This document shows, piece after piece, positions 16,010-26,322 of a stretch of DNA of 64,000 bases. Below the pieces are notes generated by a model. The model was not told the DNA's origin and searched no databases. It worked only from the letters and a program-made list of their open reading frames with translations. A program made the translations under genes and the position numbers. Positions within the stretch are counted from its first letter, which is position 1; every line of letters begins with the position of its first letter. This DNA is from a virus: the IMG/VR virus record IMGVR_UViG_3300032144_000007, positions 764 to 64,763 of that record. The stretch is one strand, 5' to 3'.

Positions 16010-16354
16010 ATGACCAAGGTTGTTCGTGCAGTTTACGGCCCGGTTCGCGGCATCATGACCCTGTCGGACGAAGAAGCCGACAAGGCGATCAAGGATGGAT
16101 GGGCGGTCGATGCCTCGACCACCTATGCAGTCGCCGACGATTTCGACGTCGAGAAGGCCACCAAGGCAGCAGAAGCTTTCGACAAGAAGCGCCGGGAAGC
16201 CGATGCACCGAAGGAAGAAAAGCCAGCCGCGAAGAAGGAGGCTGAAAAGCCTGTGGAACCGGTCAAGGCTGATGAAAAACCGGAAGGCGATACGACGGCC
16301 AAATCGACGGAATCCGCCGCCTATCAGACGCGGGTTTCCAAGCCGAAGGAATGA
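16010..16354 (+). CDS. Head-associated hypothetical protein
   Basis: GGAGG SD; K/E/A/P-rich low-complexity tail. Confidence 0.7.
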   Translation: MTKVVRAVYGPVRGIMTLSDEEADKAIKDGWAVDASTTYAVADDFDVEKATKAAEAFDKKRREADAPKEEKPAAKKEAEKPVEPVKADEKPEGDTTAKSTESAAYQTRVSKPKE

Positions 16355-16357
16355 CCC

Positions 16358-17815
16358 ATGGCCGACAAGCCGCGTATCCGCGTCCCGGCGCATTCGCAAC
16401 CTGTGAAGGCTGTTGAAGGTGAACCGCGAGATGGTCCGTGGCATGTCCACTGGCCTGACGGTCTGTTGCCGGACTCGTGGGGCCAGTATTGGAACTACTG
16501 GCAGATGGGCCGCGATCCTATCGCTGGCTTTGATGGTGTCGCGGTCGTCGAGGCATGTGTAAACGCGTATGCGCAGACAATCGCGCAATGCCCTGGCGAT
16601 CACTGGCGGGCAACGCCGGATGGTGGACGTGAGCGTGTCACCAATTCGGCGCTGTCCCGCATCTTGCGGAACCCGAACAGCTACCAGACCCGGTCGGACT
16701 TCCTCCTGATGCTGGTGCGCAACCTCTACATGGATGGCAACAGCTATCATCTGGCCGAACGCAATGCCCGGTTCGAACCTTCCGCGCTGCATCCCTTCGA
16801 TCCACGTCGTTCCAAGGCTGTCGTCGGCGCGGACGAAGCGATCTTCTATGAATTGGCCGGAAACAATGTGCTGGAGGGCAGCTACACCGGGCAGTTCAAC
16901 AACTCGACGCTAAAGTACATCGTGCCAGCCCGCGACGTCCTGCACGTGAAGCTGGAAACAGAGCGCGACAACTGGCTGAAGGGCGTGCCGCCGCTTCGCC
17001 ATGCCGGTGACGCGATCCTTGCACAGCGGATGATCGGCCAGCGGCTGATCTCCATGTTCGCTTCCATGGGCAAGCCGCCCGGCGTGATCGAAACATCCTT
17101 GAATCTGACGGCAAGCCAGATTTCCGAATTGCGCGCCAAGATCAACGAGACGTGGCGCGGCGTCGATGACATCAACTCCGGTCCGCCGATCCTGACAAAC
17201 GGTTTGCAGTTCAAGGGCATCTCCATGACGGCGCAGGAAGCGGAACTCGCCAACCTGTCGAAGCTGACGCAGGACCAGATTTTCATGGTCTACGGCGTGC
17301 CGCCAGCGATCCTCGGCCTGACGGATCGTGCGACGTTCTCATCGACGGAAGCGCTGATGCAGTTCTGGCTTTCGCGCGGTCTCGGCTTTGCGATCAACCA
17401 CGTCGAAACCGCCTTCGATCAGTTCTTTGGTCTCAGAGGATGGCCGGATGAGTATGTGGAACTCGACACGCGGGCGCTTCTTCGCGCGGCTTACAAGGAT
17501 CGCATCGAAGGATTGGTCCGTGGCGTACAAGGCGGCGTTTACTCGCCGGACGAGGCACGAAATTCGGAAGACCTACCGAAGACGCCATATGGCAGTGAAC
17601 CCCGCGTGCAGCAGCAAGTCGTGCCGTTGTCAGCATGGGCGCAAACATTGAACCAACCGGCGACGCCGCCAGCACCGGCACCCGATCCAGCGCCGCCAGC
17701 GTCGCCGGATGAAGGTGAGCCGGTCGAGGATGAAGCCAAGGCAATCGAAGATAAAAGCGTCAACTTCGACGAAAGCAAACTCATGCGAACGATCGAGGGG
17801 CAGGTATGTCACTGA
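16358..17815 (+). CDS. Portal protein (HK97 family)
   Basis: [51 protein letters not shown]. Confidence 0.93.
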   Translation: MADKPRIRVPAHSQPVKAVEGEPRDGPWHVHWPDGLLPDSWGQYWNYWQMGRDPIAGFDGVAVVEACVNAYAQTIAQCPGDHWRATPDGGRERVTNSALSRILRNPNSYQTRSDFLLMLVRNLYMDGNSYHLAERNARFEPSALHPFDPRRSKAVVGADEAIFYELAGNNVLEGSYTGQFNNSTLKYIVPARDVLHVKLETERDNWLKGVPPLRHAGDAILAQRMIGQRLISMFASMGKPPGVIETSLNLTASQISELRAKINETWRGVDDINSGPPILTNGLQFKGISMTAQEAELANLSKLTQDQIFMVYGVPPAILGLTDRATFSSTEALMQFWLSRGLGFAINHVETAFDQFFGLRGWPDEYVELDTRALLRAAYKDRIEGLVRGVQGGVYSPDEARNSEDLPKTPYGSEPRVQQQVVPLSAWAQTLNQPATPPAPAPDPAPPASPDEGEPVEDEAKAIEDKSVNFDESKLMRTIEGQVCH

Positions 17816-19095
17816 AAGATGAATTTGATCGGCTGACAGAAAGTGCTGGCCGAATCATCGGGCAACATCTGGACAAGATGCGCGCTTCGTTTGCTGATCT
17901 TCGTGCAGAGTTCAAGGATATTGTTCTCGACCTCAACGAGCGTTCGAACGAGCTTCGGGACCGTCTCGCGGAACTGAAGGATGGCGCACCTGGTCGCGAC
18001 GGCGAACGTGGCGAACGGGGTGATCCCGGTCCGCAAGGGCTGGCGGGCGATAGTGGGCCGCAAGGGGAGCCGGGATCGCCGGGGGAAAAAGGCGATCCCG
18101 GTCCGTCTGGCGAAAGCGGCCCGCAAGGCGAGCGCGGCGAGAAGGGTGATCCCGGCGAGAAGGGTGAGACTGGACCGCAGGGCGAGCCCGGCCCGCAAGG
18201 CGAACCGGGTGAAAAGGGCGAGCGTGGCGAAGACGGCGCGAACGGCGTTGACGGTCGCGATGGTGCGCCCGGTGAAAAGGGCGAGAAGGGTGACGCTGGC
18301 GATGCCGGTGAGCGTGGCGAAACCGGGCCGCAGGGTGAGCGCGGCATGGATGGTGCCGATGGCGAGCGCGGTGAAAAAGGTGATCCCGGCGATATCGGTC
18401 CGCAAGGTGAGAAGGGCGAGCGTGGCGATCCCGGTGAGCGCGGCGAGCAGGGCGAACGCGGCCTTCAGGGTGAGCGTGGCGAGATCGGACCAGTCGGCCC
18501 GGTAGGGGACACCGGCCCGCGTGGATTCCGTGGCGAGCAGGGACCGCCCGGTCCGCAAGGTGAGCGTGGCATTCAGGGCGAGCAGGGCACGATCCCGGAC
18601 ATCCATGTTTGGGAACCGGGCAGTGTCGCGCTGAAGGGCCATCTCTACAGCCATAAAGGATCGACCTTCTACGCCAAGGCGATCACGGCACATGCACCGG
18701 ATGATGACAACGAAGCATGGGCGATGGTCGCGCAGAAGGGCGACGATGCCTATCCCGGCATTGCCAAGGGCCGCTTCGATCCCGACAGCGAATATCGCGC
18801 CCGCGATTGCGTCGCTCATGACGGATCGTTGTGGATGGCGAAGCATGACAATCCCGGCCAGTGCCCCGGTGAAGGCTGGATGCTTGCCGCCAAGGCCGGA
18901 TCGAAGGGCAAGCCGGGTGATGCCGGTCCGCCCGGACCAGCCGGTCCGCGTGGCGCTACAGGTCGTGGTTTCGCTGGTGAGCCAGAACTGGACTTGAAGA
19001 ACTTCCGCTGGATCATCCCGACGACAGACGGTGATCCGATCATTCTTGACATGAAGCCTATGTTCCAGCGCTTCCTTGACGAGACCAACCCATGA
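17806..19095 (+). CDS. Collagen-like protein 1 (coiled coil + long G-X-Y run + aromatic C-terminal modules)
   Basis: Several dozen uninterrupted G-X-Y triplets; C-terminal W..G..Y / GSLW motifs resemble small carbohydrate-binding repeats. Confidence 0.85.
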   Translation: MSLKDEFDRLTESAGRIIGQHLDKMRASFADLRAEFKDIVLDLNERSNELRDRLAELKDGAPGRDGERGERGDPGPQGLAGDSGPQGEPGSPGEKGDPGPSGESGPQGERGEKGDPGEKGETGPQGEPGPQGEPGEKGERGEDGANGVDGRDGAPGEKGEKGDAGDAGERGETGPQGERGMDGADGERGEKGDPGDIGPQGEKGERGDPGERGEQGERGLQGERGEIGPVGPVGDTGPRGFRGEQGPPGPQGERGIQGEQGTIPDIHVWEPGSVALKGHLYSHKGSTFYAKAITAHAPDDDNEAWAMVAQKGDDAYPGIAKGRFDPDSEYRARDCVAHDGSLWMAKHDNPGQCPGEGWMLAAKAGSKGKPGDAGPPGPAGPRGATGRGFAGEPELDLKNFRWIIPTTDGDPIILDMKPMFQRFLDETNP

Positions 19096-19985
19096 ACGTG
19101 ATGCCGAAGAGTGATGACCTCGAAAAGAGCAGGGCGGCGCGAGTCCTCCTTGTTCCAGAGGAAGGTCATGACTTCATCGGCAGTGAACTTCACGAACTTC
19201 TCTATGACCTCGATCGTCAAAAACTGCTCGTCAACGGCGTCGATCTCGTCGAGGAAGCGCCGCTGGACGGCAAGACCTACGGTCGGAACATGGGGGCATG
19301 GGTAACCGTTGGCGGCGGCGGGGGCGGCGGCGGCACTGGCGATGGATCGCAGGGGCCACCCGGCCCGCCCGGTCCACCGGGGCCGCAAGGCCCGAAGGGC
19401 GACACAGGCGCGACAGGTCCAAAAGGCGACACAGGACTTCAAGGGCCACAGGGACCGCAGGGCATTCAAGGTCCGCCCGGCGCTGACGGCATTGATGGCG
19501 CAGACGGCGCACCCGGCGCGCAAGGTCCGCAAGGCGATCCCGGACCACAGGGGCCGGAAGGTCCGCAGGGTCCGCAGGGCGATACCGGCGCACCCGGACT
19601 TCCCGGTATGGACGGCGTTTCGATGACATCCGGTAGCGGTGATCCGACCGCGCCAGGGCAGGAGATCGGCGACAGCTATGTCGATAGCGACACTGGCGCG
19701 ATCTGGACATGGGATGGAACAAGCTGGACCAGCACAGGCGGTAGTCTTGAAGGTCCAGCCGGACCGCAGGGGCCACAAGGTGATCCCGGCGCACAAGGGC
19801 CAGAAGGTCCGCAGGGCGAGCCCGGCCCGCAGGGCATCCAAGGTCCACAAGGGCCGCAAGGCATTCAAGGTCCAGCCGGGCCGGGACTACCGTTGCCGCC
19901 ATCTGACGGCAAGACTTATGCGATGAAGAACGGTGTCTGGACCGAAATCATCATCCCGACAACGATGGACGCGATAGGTGCATGA
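19092..19985 (+). CDS. Collagen-like protein 2
   Basis: Two GPQ/GPP-rich G-X-Y blocks; repeated P.DGKTY.R/MK.G.W motif at both ends. Confidence 0.85.
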   Translation: MNVMPKSDDLEKSRAARVLLVPEEGHDFIGSELHELLYDLDRQKLLVNGVDLVEEAPLDGKTYGRNMGAWVTVGGGGGGGGTGDGSQGPPGPPGPPGPQGPKGDTGATGPKGDTGLQGPQGPQGIQGPPGADGIDGADGAPGAQGPQGDPGPQGPEGPQGPQGDTGAPGLPGMDGVSMTSGSGDPTAPGQEIGDSYVDSDTGAIWTWDGTSWTSTGGSLEGPAGPQGPQGDPGAQGPEGPQGEPGPQGIQGPQGPQGIQGPAGPGLPLPPSDGKTYAMKNGVWTEIIIPTTMDAIGA

Positions 19986-20539
19986 TGTCGAACAACTGGT
20001 TTGTTCTCACTGTTGATCGGACGACCCTTCCGGGCGATCTGTTGCCGATGTTCAAGACGCATTGCCGGGTGACGTTCGCAGACGATGACGCCTACCTGAC
20101 GCTGTGCCTGCAACGGTCCATCGATCTGTTTGAACGTCATGCCGGATGGTTCGTGTTCGGCAACACGACCGTTTGGGTGCCGCTGGTGACATCAACGACG
20201 ACTCGCGTCGCACTACCGGTGCAGCCTGTCTCCGACTTCATCGTCACGCTCGACAGCGTCGATATCTCAGACGAGTACCGGATGCTTCGCGGATCGACGG
20301 CAACGACGCCATGGTATCTTGAGCGCAAGGACGGCGGCGTCATTCCGTCAGGGCTGGAGAACACGCTGACGGTAGGCTATGCGGCCATGGCCGACCTTCC
20401 GCCATCGGTCATCGACATCGCTTTCAGGATCGGAGGATTCTTCTATGAGAACCGCGAGTCGATCTCGTCCTACACCCTCGATCAGGTGCCACAGTGGATG
20501 AACGATCTGCTCCTTGGAAACTGGATACCACGAGCATGA
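19982..20539 (+). CDS. Head-tail connector (gp6-like adaptor)
   Basis: K.HCRV..DD.YL, GY..DLP..V pattern; position after portal. Confidence 0.75.
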   Translation: MMSNNWFVLTVDRTTLPGDLLPMFKTHCRVTFADDDAYLTLCLQRSIDLFERHAGWFVFGNTTVWVPLVTSTTTRVALPVQPVSDFIVTLDSVDISDEYRMLRGSTATTPWYLERKDGGVIPSGLENTLTVGYAAMADLPPSVIDIAFRIGGFFYENRESISSYTLDQVPQWMNDLLLGNWIPRA

Positions 20540-20548
20540 GGACTCCAC

Positions 20549-20977
20549 ATGAGCGCGAAACTGAAAACGGTCGAATTGCAGAATCGGAGAAAATCCGAAA
20601 GCGCAGCGACAGTCGTCGCGATCCGGGAATCCTCGATAGCGACACTCGCAGCCCATGGGCTCTTGGACGCCGAACAGGTCTCAGCAGCACTGCACTTTCG
20701 CGACCTATGGGAACGCTATATCAGCCTGTCCAGACCAACGATGGCCTTCGAACGCATCGATCGATCCCATACCCCGGACGGCCAAAGCGCCAAGGCTGAT
20801 GCCAAGAAGGCGCTTGCCCATATCCGCCAAACGACAGGCGTCTATGGCTTCCAACTTCTCGCGAAGGTTTGCGGTGACGGCTATCACATTCGCGACCTCT
20901 ACAGCGGTCGTCGAGATCGCGATACTCACACTGATCTTTTGCGTATTCTTCTGACGCAGATCGCGTCATCGCGTTGA
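20549..20977 (+). CDS. DUF6456-like / Q-like antiterminator candidate
   Basis: S.I..LA..G.LD.EQ..AA..FR..W and L..VCG.G...DL pattern; lower GC than neighbours. Confidence 0.55.
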   Translation: MSAKLKTVELQNRRKSESAATVVAIRESSIATLAAHGLLDAEQVSAALHFRDLWERYISLSRPTMAFERIDRSHTPDGQSAKADAKKALAHIRQTTGVYGFQLLAKVCGDGYHIRDLYSGRRDRDTHTDLLRILLTQIASSR

Positions 20978-21031
20978 CCTTCGTGCACGCTTGGCGCATG
21001 GTTATGGCATTCCTGATAACTGTCAGATGAG

Positions 21032-21065
21032 AGCCCCCCGGTCACCAACCGGGGGGTTTTTCTTT
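21032..21065 (+). terminator. Intrinsic terminator inside the structural region
   Basis: AGCCCCCCGGT-CACCA-ACCGGGGGGTT followed by T-rich tract. Confidence 0.8.
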
Positions 21066-21081
21066 GTGCGCGAGGTGAGCC

Positions 21082-21432
21082 ATGCCAGCCAAGTTCGGCG
21101 CGGGACAAATGCGCGATCTCATGTCGTTCCAGAGCCGCGAAGTCCTGAATGACGGATACGGGAACCGTGTCGCTGGCGACTTCGTCGAGCGCTTCCGCGA
21201 CAACGCGAAGATCACGAACCTTCGGGGTAGCGAAAGCGTCATGGCCGCGCGCCTCGATAGCCGCAACGTCGCCCTGATGCAGGTGCGGACGTCGCAGCAG
21301 ATGGGGACGGTAACGACAGACTGGCGCGTCGTCGATGTGCGCCGGGGCGTTGAATACAACATCCGGGAAATCCACCAAGACCGTTCGACCGCCATTTACG
21401 AAATGATGATCGAAACCGGTGTCGCAACGTGA
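21082..21432 (+). CDS. Head closure / head-tail adaptor (gp16-like)
   Basis: DGYGN..G, GSE.V.AARL, WRVVD..G..YNIREI. Confidence 0.8.
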   Translation: MPAKFGAGQMRDLMSFQSREVLNDGYGNRVAGDFVERFRDNAKITNLRGSESVMAARLDSRNVALMQVRTSQQMGTVTTDWRVVDVRRGVEYNIREIHQDRSTAIYEMMIETGVAT

Positions 21433-21442
21433 GGAAGCAAAC

Positions 21443-21664
21443 ATGTGGGTACGGTTCATCAACACCTTCAACTGGCGTCCGCGTCCCGGTGTCATTCAGG
21501 CGTTCACACCCGGCACGGAAGCAAGCGTCACCCATGACTGTGGCGAGCAGGCTGTCGCAGGCGGCTATGCGGTGAAGCTGAAAGCCCCACGGCGCGGCGA
21601 GAAGAAGCAGGCTGTCAAGGAAACACCGACAGAGGAAGCGAAAGCGGATGGCACTGACGGCTAA
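21443..21664 (+). CDS. Small virion-associated hypothetical protein
   Basis: GAGG SD; position in head-tail block. Confidence 0.6.
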   Translation: MWVRFINTFNWRPRPGVIQAFTPGTEASVTHDCGEQAVAGGYAVKLKAPRRGEKKQAVKETPTEEAKADGTDG

Positions 21665-22184
21665 AATGATCGGGCGCGACCGGGTGATGAAGATGTTCAA
21701 TCTCGTCGAACCGAACATTGCCACCGCACTGGCTGGCATGCAGATGAAGGTTGCGCGCGATCTGGCTGACAAGATCAAGACCTATGCGCCGGTCGAAAGT
21801 GGCGACTATCGCGACAGCATCCATGCCGACCGTCTGGCGAACAGGCCAGACGCGAAGATCGTCGGCAACTTCAACAAGACCACCGACCCGAATGCGACCG
21901 GCGTCTTTGCCGCCTGGTACTGGCACATGATCGAGTTCGGCACCAAGGCGCACATCATCAAAGCAAAGAACGCGCCAATGCTCGCCTTTGATGGGCGTGA
22001 TGGCAGGGTGAAGTATGTCAGGCAGGTTTCCCATCCGGGCACAAACGCGCAGGCGCACATCTTCCCGATCTATCGCTCTGAGAAAAAGAACATGCGCCGC
22101 CGCATGGCGCGCGTCGTCAATCGTGCGCTGAAGAAGGCCATCGAAAACCAGCAGACGACCAAAGCCGATGGGGAGATCGCCTGA
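21648..22184 (+). CDS. HK97 gp10-like tail completion protein
   Basis: APVESGDYRDSI, WHMIEFGT, HPGT.AQ.HIFP. Confidence 0.85.
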   Translation: MALTAKMIGRDRVMKMFNLVEPNIATALAGMQMKVARDLADKIKTYAPVESGDYRDSIHADRLANRPDAKIVGNFNKTTDPNATGVFAAWYWHMIEFGTKAHIIKAKNAPMLAFDGRDGRVKYVRQVSHPGTNAQAHIFPIYRSEKKNMRRRMARVVNRALKKAIENQQTTKADGEIA

Positions 22185-22603
22185 TGGCAATATCACCGGA
22201 CCTCGAATTGCAGGGGCTGATCGTCACGACGCTGGAGAACGACGCGACCGTCAGCGCGCTCGTCGATGGGCGTATCTATGACCGCATCGACAATGGAGAT
22301 ACCGACGTCGAGTTCCCTTATGTGAACTTCGCCAATTCCAACGAAGTCGAGGATGACGCCGACTGCATCAACGGTTCCGGCATCTTCGTCCAGATCGATG
22401 TCTGGTCGAGGGCACCCGGCTTTCCCGAATGCAAGCAGATCGCCAGCGCCGTCCGCGATGCGCTGCATGACCGCGATCTGCAACTCACTGTGAATGCGCT
22501 TGTCCAGCTTCGGTGCCAGCGCATCCGCGTCTTCCGCGATGGCGATGGCCTGACAAGTCACGGCGTCGTGGAATTAGAAGCGCTCGTCGAGCGTCGTCCT
22601 TAA
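22184..22603 (+). CDS. Tail terminator, DUF3168-like
   Basis: LQ..I...L, GRIYD, FPYV, QIDVWSR, DG.T.HGV. Confidence 0.85.
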   Translation: MAISPDLELQGLIVTTLENDATVSALVDGRIYDRIDNGDTDVEFPYVNFANSNEVEDDADCINGSGIFVQIDVWSRAPGFPECKQIASAVRDALHDRDLQLTVNALVQLRCQRIRVFRDGDGLTSHGVVELEALVERRP

Positions 22604-22619
22604 TCGAAAGGGAGCCCCA

Positions 22620-23324
22620 ATGGCACAGCCAACAACCGCCAAATTTGGCAAAATGCGCATCCTGCTCGGGGCTTACCCCGACGTTCTCGTATCGATCACC
22701 AGTATGTCGAACACCAACCCGGCGCAGGCCACCGTCGCGTCAGGCGATATCGGCAAGTTCCATGACGGCCAGTCGGTCACCATCTCCGGCCTCACCACCG
22801 ACATGGTTGCCGGTAACGGCGTCCACAACATCACGGCGGTCGGTTCTCCAGCCAACACCTTCACGTTGGTCGGCGTCGATCTGTCCGCAGCAGCAGCGGC
22901 GCAGACGACCGGCAACGCGACCGTCAAGGATACGTCCGGCACGGTTACCTATGTTGCGCCGTGCGGCCTGACGACCAAGAACCTGCAAATCTCCAAGAAC
23001 CTTCAGGAAGTCGATATCCCGGATTGCGACGATCCTGATGCGCCGTCGTGGATCGCCCGCGACGTCCAGAACCTGTCGATCACGATCTCCGGCGACGGCG
23101 TTGCCGCAGCGGAAAGCGTGCCCGACTGGAATGCCGCCGCCATCTCAACGGCGTCGGTTCCGATGAAGGTCGAAATCGAGTTCTCGGTCGGCGTCAAAAC
23201 CTTCACTGGTGACTTCGTTGTCGATCAGCTGACCTTCGGTGCAGAGCAGGGCGGTCGCGTGACCCTCGCCTTCAATGCGCAGTCGGACGGCCAGATCGCC
23301 GACGTCTGGACACCAACGCCGTAA
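22620..23324 (+). CDS. Major tail tube protein with an inserted accessory domain
   Basis: Tube motifs APCGLT.K, IPDCDDPDAP.W, SI.GDGV; roughly 75-aa ITS.SN.NPA...GQSVTISG..NG...NTFTL.G insert near the N-terminus. Confidence 0.85.
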   Translation: MAQPTTAKFGKMRILLGAYPDVLVSITSMSNTNPAQATVASGDIGKFHDGQSVTISGLTTDMVAGNGVHNITAVGSPANTFTLVGVDLSAAAAAQTTGNATVKDTSGTVTYVAPCGLTTKNLQISKNLQEVDIPDCDDPDAPSWIARDVQNLSITISGDGVAAAESVPDWNAAAISTASVPMKVEIEFSVGVKTFTGDFVVDQLTFGAEQGGRVTLAFNAQSDGQIADVWTPTP

Positions 23325-23337
23325 CGGGGTGTGACGA

Positions 23338-23724
23338 ATGGCAAATCGTGACGCCAGAATCACGGAAGACTTCGCGGATGGCACCTATGAGTTCTGCATG
23401 AACTACGGGGCCATCCGCATGCTTCAGGAAGCTCGCGAGATGGGGCCGCTATTGCTTTACGGCGTCCTTCAGTCGAGCGCCTGGCGCGTCGAAGACCTTC
23501 GCGAAATCATTCGGTGCGGCCTCATCGGTGCGGGCATGTCGCCAGCGCAAGCCGTGAAACTTGTCCGCCTCTACGTCGAGGAACGTCCGCCCATGGAAAG
23601 TGTGGCGCTCGCCACCAGAATCCTTGGCGCTGGTCTCATCGGCGCACCGGATGAAAACGTGGGGGAGTCCTCAGCGGCAAATCAGCCAGTGACCGGGCCG
23701 ACGATCTTCCCGGTGGTCAACTGA
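23338..23724 (+). CDS. Tail assembly chaperone (gpG-like)
   Basis: Position between tube and tape measure; IR.GLIGAGM motif. Confidence 0.8.
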   Translation: MANRDARITEDFADGTYEFCMNYGAIRMLQEAREMGPLLLYGVLQSSAWRVEDLREIIRCGLIGAGMSPAQAVKLVRLYVEERPPMESVALATRILGAGLIGAPDENVGESSAANQPVTGPTIFPVVN

Positions 23725-23951
23725 GGTTTGCCGCGATCTATGGCAGTGGCGCAGCAATCGGTTTCTCGCCTGATCAGATCGACAGGATGTCGATGTGGCA
23801 GTTCACGGCAGCAGTCGAAGGATGGGTGAAGGCAAACAGCACGGATGAAGACGGTCCTTCCGGTTCAACGATGAGCGACGCTCAGGCCGATGAAATCTGG
23901 AAGTGGATGCAGGACAAGCGGGACGTTCCGCTCACCGGTATGAGGCATTGA
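23338..23951 (+). CDS. gpGT-like -1 frameshift product
   Basis: Slippery G GGG GAG at 23661-23667; -1 frame open to TGA 23949-23951, encoding FAAIYGSGAAIGFSPDQIDRMSMWQF. Confidence 0.7.
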
Positions 23952-23952
23952 G

Positions 23953-26322
23953 ATGGCGAACGAAGCTGACACAAAACTGGTCCTGCAAATCGAGGCGAAT
24001 ATCAAATCGCTGGAACGGTCGCTGAAGCAGGCCGGTCTTCTCGAAAAGCAGTTGAACACGGAAATCCAGAAGGATTTCACCAAGACCAGCAACGTCGTCG
24101 AGCAGCAGTCGCAGTCGATCAGCCGTTCGATGCGCCAGACGCAGCAAGCGACACAGAACCTGTCGTTCCAGTTCAACGACATCGCACAAGGGCTGCTGTC
24201 TGGCACGTCGCCGTTCACGATCATGATCCAGCAGAGCGGGCAGGCGGCTCAAGCAATCGAGGGCATCGGCAAGGGCAACGTGCTTCGTGGCGTCGGACAG
24301 GCGCTCGCCAGCATGTTCTCTCCGGCGTCGCTGGCGATCTCCGGCCTCATCCTCGGTTTCGGCTTTCTGGCACAGGCGGCGTCGGACTATTTCAGCAGCG
24401 GCGAGAAAGAGGCGAAAGACCTCAACGAAGAACTGCTGAAACAGGTCGATATCCTCAACACCATCCGCGAACAGCAAGGCCTGTCGAAGGTCTCGACCGA
24501 CAACATGTCATCGGTCGAAATCTTCGTCGCGATGCGGGATGCGCTTGCCAAGAGCAAGGAAGCAGCGACCAGCCTTGCCGACACGCTCAACGATTTGCAG
24601 GACGAAATCCTTGGCATCCCGGTCGATGAGTTCGAAGGGCAGACCTACGTCATCCAGACGCTCGACAGCGAATTGAGCAAGCTTCAACAAGGAATCAAAA
24701 GGGGTGATGCCGACTTCGAAGCGTTCGCCCGGCGCATGCAGGAAATCGAGAAAATTCCGCTACCGGATCGGATAAAGGAACTGGTGACACAGGTCATCGA
24801 CCTTTCATCGAAGGCGGCACTTTCCAAGGAAGCGCTCGACAAGCTGAAGGCCGCGATGGCCGGTGTGAACGATGGCGTACGCGAACTCAACGCGTCGATG
24901 ATCCAGTTCCAGCCGCTGTCGCCGATCACGTCGGACATGATCCAGACGAACGAATTTTCACAGCGCGTCGGCGAGTTCCGCCGTCTTGCCGGTGAGGCGA
25001 AAGGCATCACCGCCGACTTCATCAAAGACCGTGAGCAGTTCCGCACCCATGCCTATTGGGATGTGAATGCATGGCGCGTCGGATTTGGCAGTGACACCTA
25101 TGTCGATAGCATGGGCCAAATCCAGAAGGTGACCGAACAGACCGTCGTCACCCTCGACCAGGCAAACGCCGATCTGGCGCGGCGCATCGGCGAGTTCCAG
25201 CGTGGCGTCATCGGCGCTATCGGGCCGGACCTCTGGCGGTCGCTCGACGAAAAGCAACAAGCGGCTCTGACATCCATTGCCTATAACTACGGCTCGTTGC
25301 CGGGCCGGATTGCCAAAGCGATCAAGACTGGCGACCGTGGACAAGTGGCAGACGCCATCGCGGCGCTTGGTGGCGACAACAAGGGCGTCAATCGTGGACG
25401 TCGCCAGATGGAAGCCGAACTCTACGGCGGTGGCAGCTATGACGCGAAGAAGAAGTCCATCGACGACCTCATCCTCAGTGAGCGTGAGCAGTTGGTGCTT
25501 CAGCAGCAGATCAACGAGATCAATGCGAATGCCGCACTCACCGATGAGCAGCAGCAGTTCCAGATCGATAAGCTGACGGCCTCGACGAAGCTGCTCAATC
25601 AGGCAAAAGCCGAAGGCATCGTTCTCACCGATGCGGTGCGCACGAAGATCGAACAGCAAGCGACGGCCTATGCCGCAGCAGAGCAGCAGCAACGCCAGCT
25701 GGCGCTGACGCAGAAGGACAGTGTGACGGCGGCGAAGGAACTGGCCGCTGCACAGGAACAACTCGGCCAGCAATACACCAACATCGCCAAGAGCGCGCTG
25801 TCGGGCTTCATCAACGATCTGCGCAATGGCGTGAGTGCCGGTGAAGCCTTCAAGAACATGCTCAACCGGGTGATCGACGGCATCATCAACATGACCATCG
25901 AAGCGCTGTTCGCGAAGAACGCACTTGGCGGCGTCTTCTCCAACTTGTTTGGTGGTGGCAGCGGTGGTTTGGGTGTCGGCCTTTATCACCGTGGCACAGG
26001 CGGCGGCACGCGGGACATGCGCAATGTCAGTCCGGCAATGTTCGCTGGCGCACCACGGCTGCACAACGGGCTCAATCCCGGTGAGTTCCCGGCAATCCTT
26101 CAGCAAGGCGAGCGCGTCGTGCCTCGATCGACTGTCCGGCGCGGCGGCGGCGGTGGTGGCGGCAACACCTATCTCGGCGACGTCTCGATCGATGTCCAGA
26201 CCGGCATGGTGACGGCATCGAATGATGACGCGCGCGATCTCGGTCGCCAGATCGATGTCGCCGTTCAAGCCGTGCTGGTGCGCGAAAGTAGGCCGGGCGG
26301 TTTGTTGAAGAGGGCTGGATAA
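23953..26322 (+). CDS. Tape measure protein with internal GH24-like lysozyme domain
   Basis: Lambda-type N-terminus QFNDIAQGL.SG.SPF..IQQ.GQ; internal E.FR..AY.D..W..GFG.DT ... AL.SIAYNYG. Confidence 0.9.
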   Translation: MANEADTKLVLQIEANIKSLERSLKQAGLLEKQLNTEIQKDFTKTSNVVEQQSQSISRSMRQTQQATQNLSFQFNDIAQGLLSGTSPFTIMIQQSGQAAQAIEGIGKGNVLRGVGQALASMFSPASLAISGLILGFGFLAQAASDYFSSGEKEAKDLNEELLKQVDILNTIREQQGLSKVSTDNMSSVEIFVAMRDALAKSKEAATSLADTLNDLQDEILGIPVDEFEGQTYVIQTLDSELSKLQQGIKRGDADFEAFARRMQEIEKIPLPDRIKELVTQVIDLSSKAALSKEALDKLKAAMAGVNDGVRELNASMIQFQPLSPITSDMIQTNEFSQRVGEFRRLAGEAKGITADFIKDREQFRTHAYWDVNAWRVGFGSDTYVDSMGQIQKVTEQTVVTLDQANADLARRIGEFQRGVIGAIGPDLWRSLDEKQQAALTSIAYNYGSLPGRIAKAIKTGDRGQVADAIAALGGDNKGVNRGRRQMEAELYGGGSYDAKKKSIDDLILSEREQLVLQQQINEINANAALTDEQQQFQIDKLTASTKLLNQAKAEGIVLTDAVRTKIEQQATAYAAAEQQQRQLALTQKDSVTAAKELAAAQEQLGQQYTNIAKSALSGFINDLRNGVSAGEAFKNMLNRVIDGIINMTIEALFAKNALGGVFSNLFGGGSGGLGVGLYHRGTGGGTRDMRNVSPAMFAGAPRLHNGLNPGEFPAILQQGERVVPRSTVRRGGGGGGGNTYLGDVSIDVQTGMVTASNDDARDLGRQIDVAVQAVLVRESRPGGLLKRAG

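Noticed and set aside
17990-19880. DNA tandem repeats or array
   Set aside because: The periodicity is fully explained by G-X-Y collagen coding.
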